NCBI GenBank assembly: GCA_028534125.1
Contig: CM052832.1
Location: 24,926,001-24,990,000 of the forward strand
Length of the DNA: 64,000 nucleotides
Direction: 5' to 3'
Source: Lama glama
Taxonomy: Eukaryota
In this document: in pieces, positions 1 through 12,199 of the stretch
Position numbering within the stretch: the first letter of the stretch is position 1
Layout: each line of letters opens with the position of its first letter
Program-made: the position numbers and the translations under genes
The notes under the pieces: generated by a model
Database searches by the model: none
Told to the model about the DNA's origin: nothing
Seen by the model: only the letters and a program-made list of their open reading frames with translations

Positions 1-234
1 CATCTTATATAGGGAGAAAATAGGGGAACTGCCATGAGAGTGTGATATGCCAGGAGGTAAGAAGAGAAGTTACAATCTTGATGATTAGTTGATCAGCCTA
101 GAGCCTTGCTTTTGGAAGAATGATGCACAACTAGGTCTTATTTGTCCTTATGTCACTGGATGACTCTAAAGATGCAACTCTTTGTCCTTCCCTATTTCTC
201 CCGTCTTCTCTACCTCTTAGAATTCTCCGTGCCC

Positions 235-480
235 TGCAAAGCTTAGCTCACCTCTGCTCCCTGACGTGAAGACTTCGCTAACTCCATCACGCTGCATGCT
301 AGCTCCCTCCTCTTACCTATCGCTGCACCTGTTTTCCGTACACACCACTGTCACTTTCCGTACACTACCTGTGTATACGTCTTGTCTCCCCAGTTTGATG
401 GGGAGTACCTCAAGAAGAAGGACCCATCTTAGTGACGAATCTATTTATAGCACCTTACACATGCATTTATTTAACTTACT
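235..480 (+). mobile_element. LINE L2 3' fragment (degenerate)
   Basis: 'cttgtctccccag...gagtacctcaagaagaaggacccatct' resembles the L2 3' end. Confidence 0.5.
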
Positions 481-689
481 GCATGAAAGACGGAAAAAGT
501 ACAAAGATAAATAGCATATATGCCTTGCCTTTGAGGAACTAGCAGCTCGGTAGGGCCATAAACAAATAATTTTGGTTGAGTTAGTCAGTTGAAGATTTAA
601 GGAATAGCCTCAACAACAGACAATCAAGCATCTGGCCAGGGGGAGAGTAGGTGAGGAGAAGAGAAAAAGTTTGGCAGTTTTAACCAAGG

Positions 690-1031
690 TAGCTTAATTG
701 TTAAAACAAACTATGACAATACAATACATTTCTCAGTCAAGTCACCTTCCAATGTTGGCAGTGGGAGCTCTGCTCCATGTAATCATTCAGGGACCCAGGT
801 TCCCACTAACATGTGACTCTGCCTGGGTTGTGTCCATTCATGAGATGCATAAAGAAAAGACTGACAGGGTTCGAAGACCCCCCTGGGCCTGAAGGGACAT
901 ACTTCCCCTCTGTGGGAGGGCTCACATTGGCAGGAACCGGTCACGTGGCTTCACATAGACGCTACAGGATGGATGTTGGTCTAATTGTGTGCCCTGAAGA
1001 GGAGAACTCAGATATTGGTAGTCTGCCCACA
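690..1031 (-). mobile_element. MaLR LTR (MLT1K/L-like)
   Basis: 'ctctgctccatgtaatcattcagggacccagg', 'cattggcaggaaccggtcacgtggc' and the end 'tctgcccaca' match old MLT1 LTRs in reverse. Confidence 0.6.
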
Positions 1032-2587
1032 GCAGGCAAGGTTGGATGAAAATAAAAAGAAGGAAAGGACTTTGATAGAAACACACCCTCAAATTCCAGG
1101 CTTCACGTCTCTTTTCCTCCAAAGAGACGGACACCAATATAATAGGCCCTCGTTTAGAGAAAGACCTCCCTGAAGTGTATGGAGCGGGGGGGGCGTTGCA
1201 GAGGGAGCATGTCCTTTTTCCCTTCAGAGTAGTCTCTCCCCTGTGACCGATTAGACATGAGGGGAAATGGAACAACCAACCAAGAAAGTTATTTGAACCA
1301 TGTAAATATCTGTATATTCTCATCTATTTATCTATCTATCATCTGGACTGCTTTGTAAACCTAACTAGGTTGCCTTTCCTTCTGTGTCCTCAAAGACTTG
1401 GGTAGTGGTGGGGGCTTCCCTAGGCAGTATGAAGACAGCTTGTGCAGGCCCTGAGGAAACAATCTGCATCACTGTCTCTTCAAGGGTTTCTGACCGTTCT
1501 GCAAATACTCTGATAATGAGCTGACAAGCTATAAGGCCAGGAGCGGTTGAGGCCACGCGGGGAGCGCAGAGACAGGAATACCCTGTTCAGCTGAGAATAA
1601 CAGGCACCAAGAGGTCAAGCAAATCCAATTTTAAGGAGCACTAGTGGGATCCTCCCCCTTGAAAGGAGGGGACATTGGAGGAGGCAGAACAGGAGGAAGC
1701 AGTAATTGGAGGGAATAACCGAGGAGCTTGGCTGCCTTGTTTAACCCTTTCTAAGCCTGCATTTATCAGAGGCTCTCCTAAGTCCCAGAAGCTTGGTCTG
1801 CCTAAAAGAAGCCAGGAAAGGAGGAGAAATGCTCAGACACTTCCCACCCCACTTTTTGCACACCTTTCTGTCCCCCAGACTTTCTCCTCTGCCTCCCAGA
1901 TGCCCTGCGTCCTCTTGCTGCCAACTGAGTCCTCAGGAAGTTACCCCGTTCCCCTCATGCTTACGCGGTGAGCTGGGATTTTGCTACTCAGTCTGACTTG
2001 TGAATGACTGAGAGCAGTGTTCGCTGCTACTGTGCTAACCCTCCCCCTATATTCTGCATTTTAGAAGGATCCTCTATAGACAGAGGCATCAACTCTTAGT
2101 CATAGGCTTTGAGGGATAGAGATGGGAAGAGATTCTTGCTCTGCTTGTTATGTTATGGGGTGGCCTGCATCAGCTGTGTAACAGTCCTCTGAAATAACTG
2201 ATCGTGTAACAATGTGATTTAGTTAAAGGCCTAGGTTTTCCTCAACACCGTAATACTGAGTTTAAAGCAATCATGGGATTACGTGTTGAATTTGCCAGTG
2301 CAGAGTGTCACATTTTCATGTCCTCATAATTTGAGCCTAGAATAATAGAGCCATGAAGTTTTGTTTTGTTTTGTTTTCCCCATTTGATTTAGTTTTGAAC
2401 CATGACCTATGAAGTAAACAGTTTCTTTCCAAAGCACCATATGACTTGAGGGGTGAGAACAGACCAGATACGTAGTACTAATGAGTATATCTGGGGGGAA
2501 ATTACGTGTGAAGTGCAAAACTCTTTGCCGGGCTGTTTATGGTTGTTCCACTGTGCCAAGTATGACATTGTTGCTGTCTTCTGCTGC

Positions 2588-3071
2588 TTGTGACTTAAAA
2601 CAACAATTTCATTTTGCTCACGATTATTTGGGTCAGGAGTTTGGGAAGGCCCTGCTGGGACAGAGCATCTCTGGTCCACATACATCAGCTGGGGTGGCTC
2701 GCCTGGGGCTGGAGGGTCCACTCCAGGATGACTTAGTCATGTGACTGGCAAGTCAGCCCTGGCTGTACACTGGGACCTCAGCTGTGGCTCTCAGGAGGGT
2801 TGGCTCCCTTCCATGTCGGCCTCTCTGCAGGATGGCTTAGCCTTCCTCTTGCATGGTGGTTGGGTTCTAAGAGTGAGTGCTCCCAGAGGCGCAGGCAGAA
2901 GCCAAAAGACTCCTCCTCAGCTAGACATGGAAGCCATATGGCATTGCTTCCACTGCATTCGACTGGTCGGGCAATTCAGTGAGTCCAGCCCAGAATCAGG
3001 AGGAGGGAAATTAGCCTCCACTGCCGAGTGACCAAGTAGCAAAGAGTGTGTGGCCAGCTTTCATCTACCAC
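2588..3071 (-). mobile_element. MaLR LTR (MLT1H/G-like)
   Basis: 'gacttaaaacaacaat...gggtcaggagtttgggaagg', 'ccactgcattcgactggtc', ends 'ctaccaca'. Confidence 0.75.
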
Positions 3072-3409
3072 AGACGTTCTCAGATAAGAACTATCCTAAC
3101 GGTTGTAAAATATTGTTGATTGTGTTGTTAAAACCACCTCAGAGGAAACCATCTTCTAACACTGTATTTCATCCTTCTCCCTAAGTGCAACCTGTTATCT
3201 GTGGGCTGCTGCACCCCTGAAAAGTGGCCTCATATGTTAAGATTGCTTAGTCTCCAGGTTCAAGGGCTCTCTGGGTGCTCCTCTGGGCCATGTTCCCGCA
3301 TGTTTGTTTACTTTCCCTATTATCCATCTCAGAAGGGACAGATGAGTTTGAGTGGTTTTAACTCTAATGAGCAGTTTGGCTTAAAATGAAAGAACAAGAG
3401 TCTCTCTAA

Positions 3410-3560
3410 ACATATTTATTTCCTTAACAAATACGTATGAAATGCCTACCATGTGCAGAGCTCTGTATCATGTTCTGGAACGTGGAGGGATGGAGGGGAG
3501 ATGAGATTTGTTGTCCTCACAGTTGCTTCCAGTCTCATCGGGGAGACAGATGTGCTCGTA
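3410..3560 (-). mobile_element. LINE L2 3' fragment
   Basis: 'aacaaatacgtatgaaatgcctaccatgtgcagagctctg'. Confidence 0.55.
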
Positions 3561-5149
3561 AGTAGCAGGAAGGAGTAGGAGAAAGCCGAAGCCTTAGAAA
3601 TTCTGAAAGTGGCCAACTTTGAACTTTTGAATCTTAGGACCAATATTTGTGTGTAGGAGTAACAGTCCAGGGTACTGAAGATGGTCCCCATCAGTAGAGC
3701 AGGTGGCCTGCACAGTGCAGCTCAGGAGAGACGAGAGGAAGGTCATCTCTACTCCCAGAAAAGAGGTCAATCTAAACGGCCCAAGCCAGAACAGTAAGCC
3801 CCAGAGCTCCCTACCAATGGGGGATGTCGAGTGCATGGGCACTAGTTGATAGTCCAGGCTGCAGGTGAGACGGGTGAGGTCAGGCAGAGAGCACAGCAAG
3901 TTTCAGTTTCACATAACTTTCTGATTTCAAGAGCTGTCAGGCATTAAAACAAGGCCAGAGAATGTAGTAAACTTTTCTTCCCTGAAAAAATTTAAGAGTA
4001 AAATAGAGCATCACATTTTAGGAATGAATTAGGAAAAAAATGTTTAAAAAAAACAAAAAAAAAACCCCCAAAAAACTCCTGAAGAACTTCAGTCCCTTCC
4101 AGGACTCTGATTTGATATGCCTGTGAAATGTTGTATGTTTATTAGCTACTTTTCTGGGCCTGGGTGGATCTGTAATTCTAAATATAATGACTGGGTTTTC
4201 TTTCATGCACTCAAGGCTCACATGAGCCCTGACACGGGCAGAGAGCGGCACAAACCATGCAGGGTTGGTGACAGAACCAAACCCTTCCACCTCTCAGGTT
4301 CTGGGAAACATGGGGAGAAATGGCCTGAGGAAGAAACTTCCCAAATCAGTAAAGACAAGAATTTAAAAAACAGCCGATGTTCTCAGATTGGAAAACTGAA
4401 TAAATCATCATAGTTACCCCAGATGCAAGTAAATTGGACTGAAATGGGGACTGGAACGTCTTTAGAAGACAGAGCAGAAAGCAGAAGGGATGGAGAATAG
4501 CAGGAAGAGTGAGTAATCCCAGCTTCACACTGTGAGAAGCCAGCGGCCGCCTGGATCGACGTCTCCTGACTCAACCGCTTTCACAACAGGACTCTATTCT
4601 CTGCCCAAAGGGCTGCAAATTCGGGTGGATATTTGGAAGCTCTTCCAAAGCTGCTTAATAAAACAATGCCCTTTTAAATTTTTCCATAGAAAACCTATCT
4701 GGGCCTTGGTGTGTAGCCCCCTACTTCTTACCTTATGAACCAGAGTAGGAATAATAAAAAATTTTGCCTTGGAGATCTCTGAATCCAACTTACGCCCAAA
4801 TCCAGGGTGGAATTCAGTACTGCACATGGACGTTAAAAATTCAGTACTTCAACCTGTGAGCAAGACAGGTTGGTTTCTCAATTCCTTTTCTGACACCAAA
4901 GAAAATGAATGGACCCTTTTGACCTTTTGACACTAAACAGCAGCCTCTGTCCTCTTTGGGAGACCTGTATTCTAATGACCAAGTCAGGCATTTAAATCAT
5001 AGTCTGACATCTCAAATGGCAGAATTCTGATTGGAATTTTGTGCTTAGCTGTGGGGAAAATGTTAATCAGCCACTGTCAAAACTTGTCTGTCAATTAGAC
5101 CCATTTTAATCTAAAAGCCTATTTACGGTGCACAGACTGTATATGAAAC

Positions 5150-5430
5150 TTCAGAGAACATATTCTACTCCAGCCTCTAAGAAGCTTGTGGATCAACTGA
5201 GCAGCTAGGAAATGTGCACGTGAAAAGTGAAATAACAATGAAAGGTGGACCACAATTAAGAGTCACCTGGGTGATTTAGATAAGTATGTATGAAAGGCCT
5301 TCTTAAGGAGCAAGAGGTCATGCTGTTCATGCATGTGAGATTGGAATTGGGTCTTGAAGTATGAGTAGGAGTCGGCCAAGTAGTGGGGACAGTGGAAAGA
5401 AAGCTCTCCTGGCAGGAACATAGGCTCAGC
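5150..5430 (-). mobile_element. LINE L2 fragment
   Basis: 'tgagattggaattgggtcttgaagtatgagtaggagt' is a typical L2 reverse-strand motif. Confidence 0.45.
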
Positions 5431-6169
5431 GGTGACAGTAGCAGGAAGGTAACTGGGTCAACCTAGTCACTTCTTTTTGAAAATCTCCATACTCATCCTA
5501 CATGGCAGCGTAGATTTTTAAAACCCTTGACATTCAATTCATCTGTAATATTATACCAAATTCATCCTGGTTCCACTTCATGTCATTTTTGTACCCTCCT
5601 AGGAAGAGCCCAGAATTTTCTACCACGGTCACTGGAAAACACCTTAAACATTAGCAACCAGAGTTCTTGGCATTAATTCAATAATAAGTTTTTGCTTCCT
5701 GGACGAACACATTGTTTTTTGCCAGACAGAAGGAGAGGAAGGAACAGTGAGGCTGACAGACACCTTATAAAAATCTCATGAGATGGCTTTTTGTGTTTCC
5801 TTAGGGAAGCGTTACAAGAAGTTGGATTTAAAAAAAAGTTGGATCAAGACTTGGAGTTCTGTTTGTGTCAAAACTGAACGCAGTTATTGTACAAAACTTG
5901 CAGACCTTTAGGTGCTTTGTCCAGAACTGCGTTTTCGCCTTTGGGTATTTCTAGGACTCCCCCCAGCTGCTCATCTGAGCTTGCAGAAGACCTAAGAGCT
6001 GCATTCCAACAATGGAAACCACAGCGATCTCCACACCTTGTGCTTAGGGTATCCTGAGCCATGAAAGGCTGACTCTGACAGCACAAGGGGGAGGGATGTT
6101 GTGTGGCTGCCATCTAATGTGCCTCCTGTGCTCCTGCCTTTGTATTCCCACAACTCATTTTTATAGTCC

Positions 6170-6330
6170 TTCGGTTTTATGGCATTTTTACGTACCTCAT
6201 TTCATCTAATTGTCATAATAACCATAGAAGGCAGACATTATTAACCTTCATTTTATAGCTATGAAGAAACTGAGGCTCAGAGAATTTATAAGTTATTCAG
6301 AGAGAAAACCAATCTCTGGCTGGTCTTTCT
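6170..6330 (-). mobile_element. MIR SINE
   Basis: MIR core 'cattttatag...gaagaaactgaggctcagaga'. Confidence 0.75.
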
Positions 6331-7398
6331 GAGTACAATAAAAAAAGTTGTGATCATGGTGATGATATGATTAGACATTTTCAAGTGTTGTGTACGTCAT
6401 AGCAGTATGTGATAAGACGACTGGCTAGCATTAATAATGCCTTATAACCATACCGTATTGGTTACAACATGGGAAAGAAGACAGAAGTTCAGAACAGGAA
6501 AAAAAATCACTTCTGATATAGCCACAACGATGGATTTGAGAGTATGGCCAATACTGTTGATGTGGCTGAGACCGCAAGACATTAAAGAATGCAAATTCAA
6601 AAGTGAACCACCAACTATTCTCAAGTTAGATGATTAAAAGTTTCTGTCAATGTTCCCTAAGCACCTACAATTTGGCTATGATACAAGGAATTACATTAAC
6701 ATTTGTATTTATGGTCAATCCTTGGATTAACTATCTCAAAAATGCATTTTGGAACATTTTGATTAATTTTAGTATTGGCTACTAAAGTAAATCTGTTATG
6801 TATTGACACATCCTCTGCATACACAAACAGATTGTGGGAAAGTTACTAATTACGCATTCTGAGATTGTATACCACGCTCAAATCTAGCTCAACGGTTTGA
6901 ATACCCTTGATAGTCAAGGTTAAGTTCAAGGACAGCCATTTCTAAGATATCTTTCTTTTCATCTTGATGTTATGTATTGTCAGGTAAATATTTTTGAAGC
7001 CCTTTTTTTTTCCATTTTAATCAGACTCAGTTAATGCTATGTATCTGAACTTAACGACAAAATCGTTGACACTGGAAATCCTTCCTTCTAACTGTCCTCT
7101 ACCCTCAGCCAGATACCTCCCGAATGTCCTTTTGATCTACTGTTTTCAGGAGGGGTTGATGGGCTTGAGGCTCCACAAGACACTAAGCATCTTTCCTAAA
7201 CTAATCTCGTCATTAATCATTAATTGCTTTAATATTTTAAAATGTATGCAGACAGTTCATCCATAATTATGCATGCATTGTACCTTTGGGCATATGAAAT
7301 GTGAGACAATTTTCTGTAACTTCTGAGGGCAAGGTAATAGACGATTTTTCAGACGTTTTTCCAGAGGCTACCAGCAGATTTTTTTTCCTTCAAAGAAA

Positions 7399-7606
7399 TA
7401 GTTTTCAAACTAGTCCCCTTGGAGTTCCAAAGGGTTCCTGGGAGGTACCCCAGGGGACTTAGAGGGGTTTAGGGATGGCAAAAGCAGGTATTGTGTTTAA
7501 TCCTTCAACTCACCTCGCACAAAGTACAGTGGAACTGTTTCTAATATTGATATTCCTTATAAAGTCTGGCTAATGGCTACCAAGCGCAAAACACTGAGAA
7601 CTATTG
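7399..7606. mobile_element. hAT-Charlie-like DNA transposon remnant
   Basis: TIR-like ends 'atagttttcaaac' and 'tgagaactattg' flanking about 200 bp. Confidence 0.4.
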
Positions 7607-8619
7607 CTTCAAGTATGCCTGGACACTGTCTCTAGATACCTGGTAAGGTGCTGAAATTCTCAGAAGCCACGTCAAAACAAGTTTGAGTCACTTCAACTTT
7701 AAAAAAAATCATGATATTCTACTATTTTAGGAGGAATATGATAATGCCAAAAATAAGAAGCAAGAGGAGTTCATATTATTTGGGCTTGGTTGTAATGAAG
7801 AACTCACTTTACAAAACTGCTTTTCTATGTGTTTGTGTCTGTTTGTATTTGGCTGCCTGAATACCCATTACTAATCCTTTGGCCTCAAAGTTACAGGAAT
7901 GCTGATAATGGCTCATTTCTTCCCTTTTGCTACTTCAAAGAATTCCTCTGCTCCTCCTCTTCCTTTCCGTTTTGAACCATTTGGCCCAGTTTTGCCTGAC
8001 TTCCTTGGCAGTTCACTGGCTTCTGGGAGCATCCCAGCCTCCCTGCCTGTCTGCTCTGGATTTGCTATTTCAGACGGTGATTGGATTCCCAGGTAGCCTT
8101 CAGCCAACACTGCGCATCTAAATCCCTTTTATCAACCTCTCCTCACAACCAGCCTCAACTTGCAAAACCTTGTCCTTTATGAGTTCATCAAGAAAAAAGC
8201 TCAGAGTTGACTTACTACACCAAAATGGAAGCACCTTTCACTCTAGATTTTAATCTTGAATATAACATTATGGAATATTAGAACAATAAGTCTTTAAAGG
8301 GACACAAAACAGCTGGTGATCCAATTCCATGACTATTCCTACCCTCTCCCCAGATCTTGGCCTGAAAAAAAATGACCTCCAGAGAAGAATTCACCACTTT
8401 CATAAGATTCAATAATCATTCTTCATTTCCAAGTAGGAAATTCATCAAAGTAGCTTATATTTTTAAATTAGCTTTTAAAGTAGAGAACAAATCTTTTTGT
8501 CACATCCTTGGAGACTAGTTGTTAAGACTGTATGAAATAAACAACTGAGTCAACTATAAACAAATAAATCATAGGCCAGCTGCATCAGAAAATGAAATCA
8601 TAGGCCAATTCTAAGACTC

Positions 8620-8750
8620 AGCCGTCTCCACTATAGAATGAAGAAAATAGAATTAGCTCCCTGATGGTGTTGTTCTGGAGTCTTAAATGGGTTCCCCCGT
8701 GTAGAGTGGTTGGCACATCCTGGCGTATAGGAAGCACTAAGTAAAGTACT
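8620..8750 (+). mobile_element. MIR 3' fragment
   Basis: 'cctggcgtataggaagcactaagtaaa'. Confidence 0.5.
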
Positions 8751-9469
8751 TTGTTCTGAGCAGTTCTTGGTCGGAAGTGTTATTAAGACCAGGGCTCTGA
8801 GTTTTCTGCTCACCCAGTGTGATAGTACATTTCAAGTTACTTTCGTCCAGGTTGCTGAAAAATCACTAGCTAGTAAAGTGATGAGTCATTTCCAATTACA
8901 ATGCAAACCAGCAGTTTTCCTCTGTACCTGGGACATTGTTTACTAGCACCTCTCCTAACACCACCGGCTCTTGTTTCTTTGCAAGGAACAAGCTAAAAAG
9001 AATTAACAAATGCTTTTCTATTTCACCATTCCTCCTCCTTCTCATGAGAGCCCAAACAAAATACATCACATGTCCGTGACACGGAAACTTTATTTTCCAG
9101 GAACAATTTTGGCTGAATTTTGACATTTCATGCTGACTTACTAGAGCAAGACAGAGTCTCTCTTACTTACTTAACACGTCCTTAAAAATATTACCAAAGC
9201 TTATTTGGCTGTGAGGACTAATCAAATGCTCTCCTTTTTTGGATTTAATTTATTTCATTTAATTTCGATTTATAAAGAACTCTTCAGATCTTTTTATTAC
9301 ATACTTTTAATGACAATATCTAGAGTCTATTACTATTATTTAGCAACAGAGGAAGATATTTATCCTTATAAAATGAAGTATGCCACGCATCCACCATTAA
9401 TTTCTGTGCATTTAACCCACGGATTTTTTTAAAATTTAGAACTTGGGAAGAAACTTGGTGGATAGGAGT

Positions 9470-9650
9470 CAATGTGATGAAGTAGAAAGAATACAGCATT
9501 TGTAGTTAGAAGATTGCATTTTCAATCCCAGCTCTGTGACATGTCAGCTGTGTGGCCTTGGGCATATAAATCCTTTGACCTTTCTGAGTTTTTTCTTACC
9601 CATTAAATGGAAAGAACAATTCCTGCTTTTCACTTCCTCACAGGGCCATG
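9470..9650 (+). mobile_element. MIR SINE
   Basis: 'aatcccagctctgtgacatgtcagctgtgtggccttgggca'. Confidence 0.75.
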
Positions 9651-10902
9651 GTATGTAGCACTGTGACAATTCAAACTTGCCCCATAGGCCTTTTTTGCAA
9701 CCCTCCTGACTTCCAGCTGGGTATCCACTGGCCCCCAGCAGCTCAGAAGTTCAACAGCACACTCACCCACGGGTCACCATCCTGTCTCAGGAGAGAAATA
9801 CTCAGGCCGTTCGTGGAATTACCCTTTATTCGTATTCATTGATGATTCCAGACAAGTAATTCTGAGAGATCCCCCCACAGGGCTTAATAAAATTTGGAAA
9901 CAGGAAAGTCTTCCAAACAGAATTATCTTCTAAATGTAACTCACTTATAAAGAACCCCCACGTTCTCACTAAGTCCTATTATCGGTCAGGTAACTCTGTC
10001 ATTCAACAGAATGTCACTGCAGAAGTCACTGTGTGGAATGTCACACTCACACAAAGGCTTCCCACATCCTGTTGGTAACTACTAATGGCTGGATAAGGAA
10101 TTCCTTTTAAAATTCTTAACCATACCTGGTAGATAAGCTCTGGCAAAACCAAATTTTAATGACATTTTTGCTCAATCAGCTCATACCCACTTTGTGTTGT
10201 AAGGCTTCATGAAGAAGGCAGGAATTATTGGGGTAGTCTGAGAAATGCAAGATACATAGATAAAGTGATAGCTCTGGATACATACACATGTACGATTTAG
10301 TAATTTGAAATGATTTATCTAAGTTGATTATATGAAACAATTATCACAACTCTCCACCATCACTTTATGAACCCAAACTAAGTCACTGAGACCAAGCACA
10401 TTTAAAATTTTTTTGGTTGAATTTTTACTGTCTGTAAAACTGAAAAGACCCATGAGATGTGCTATTTTTCAGCAAATTTAGTTGCAGCCTGTTGTGATCA
10501 GTGAGAGACGGACTTGGCTGTTTCTCTGCTCCTAACCAAAGGCAGTCAGTCACACGGCTGCCTAAGCCACTGCATTTTCCCATGTGTTCTCTTGGCCCCC
10601 ACAGTGGCTTTTTCTATTTATTTTAATTTTGAAAATGCATTTCCATTTAGAACATATCTTGACGGCACAGTAACACAGCTTTGAGCACTCCTGGGGAGCA
10701 GAATCAGCCTCTGGGAACCTGGGGCCTCAATCCACACCCCAAAGTGTGAGGGGTCCTGCAAACCCTAGGAAATGTGAGGACCCGGTAGGAGTCCCCACCT
10801 TGCCCACTCCCTCTCCCTCTAGCATTGCCATCCAGGTTGAAAATGGGTTAAGACAAATGTCAAGGAAAGCCTACAAATGGGCTACGTGTGGAGCGGTCTC
10901 AT

Positions 10903-11124
10903 GTTGCCATGGTAATAGGAACGCAGGGAGGGGGTGTTATAAGCTACTATTTTTGATTCTTAGACCGTTTTAGTACTGACTGTCAGAGCCATCTCTGTGC
11001 CCCCCTCCACCTCCCTTACAGCCGTCCCAGGGTGCAGGGGCCTATTTGACTGTTGCCAAAGGTTAGCTGATCGATTCTCCATCAGCTGTCTGAAAACTTA
11101 AAGATCGACCTGACCCCTAGCAAC
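10903..11124. promoter_or_regulatory. RFX X-box cluster (candidate enhancer)
   Basis: GTTGCCATGGTAAT at 10903-10916, GTTGCC at 11052 and CCCTAGCAAC at 11115-11124; motif matches only. Confidence 0.35.
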
Positions 11125-11470
11125 CAACCTGATTTCTTCCCTGACTTGGCTGATTTGATTGATTTGGGAGTTGGGGGCAATGACTATACCCAGGGTGGGA
11201 CCTACTCACTTATCCTATCAGGAACGAAATTAATTGTTTGGTAAGCAGTTAGTTAAATGTAAGGCTTGGCTGCACAATTCTGCCCAAGCAGAGCATTCCT
11301 GTTGTCTATTCCATCATCCATGTAAGCCAGGTTCTGCGAATCTCAGCATTTGTACATTAGCATTAGCACAAAGGCTAATTCCTTTGGCATGTGAGGTGGG
11401 CGGGACTGCTGGTTCTCTCTCCCTTCCTACCTTCTCACTACTTTTGGAAGATGCTCTCTATCACCGTAAG

Positions 11471-12199
11471 TGAGCCAGTTATCAATGAGCCTCTTCATTC
11501 CAAACGCATCCTTCAGTACCTGCTCTGCCATAAATGGACTGGACTCTTTTTTAAGTTTTTCTCCTTTACATTGAATGTGATATAAGCTTTGTCAGTAGAG
11601 GGCGCTGCAAGGACACTGCAGGAGGAAGGAGGTTTCTCTTCTGGGCTCTTGTTACTGCTCTTTGCTTTTTTGTTCCTATTGTGTGGTCTGTTAGTGGGGC
11701 ACATGTGAGGGGACAGCTGGTGGTGTTCTGCCCAGCTGCATATCTGCAGTCCCTCAATGACTTTGCAGTCCTGCCTGGTCCTAGTGACCACCTTCCCATG
11801 GCCCTCCCAATGTGGACACCAGGGAATCCAGGCCTTGTGCTCACAGTGCACCTGCCCACCAAGTTGTGGACCTCCCAACTTACCTGCACCCCAGAGGGTT
11901 GTTTCCTACTTGCCTGGTGCCTTTGGACAAGCTCTAGAACCGGCATCCCAGCAAAATTCCTTGCTACTCGGGGAGCTTCAAGTCTACCTCCTCCCATGAG
12001 GTCTGAACCTCAGGCTTGTGGACGAACCCTCCCAAGTTTGTCCTTCCTTGGATGCTCTCCCTCAGCCCTATGGTACCCTTTAGAGTTATCTTTACATTTT
12101 TATGGTTACACTATCACAGCTTAATAATTCTTTACATTAAATTTCCCAGCTTAAATTACTGTGTGCTTTCTCTCTTCTGATTGGAACCCAACTGGTCCA
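11471..12199 (+). mobile_element. ERVL solo LTR, LTR41-like
   Basis: 'taagctttgtcagtagagggcgctg' and the 3' end 'taataattctttacattaaatttccc...aaattactgtgtgctttctctcttctgattgg' match the recalled LTR41 consensus; TG...CA ends. Confidence 0.75.
11592..11607 (+). promoter_or_regulatory. CTCF motif within LTR41
   Basis: TCAGTAGAGGGCGCTG matches the CTCF core and the CpG is retained. Confidence 0.6.

Noticed and set aside
11513..12124. 121-147-aa ORFs on both strands
   Set aside because: They lie inside LTR41
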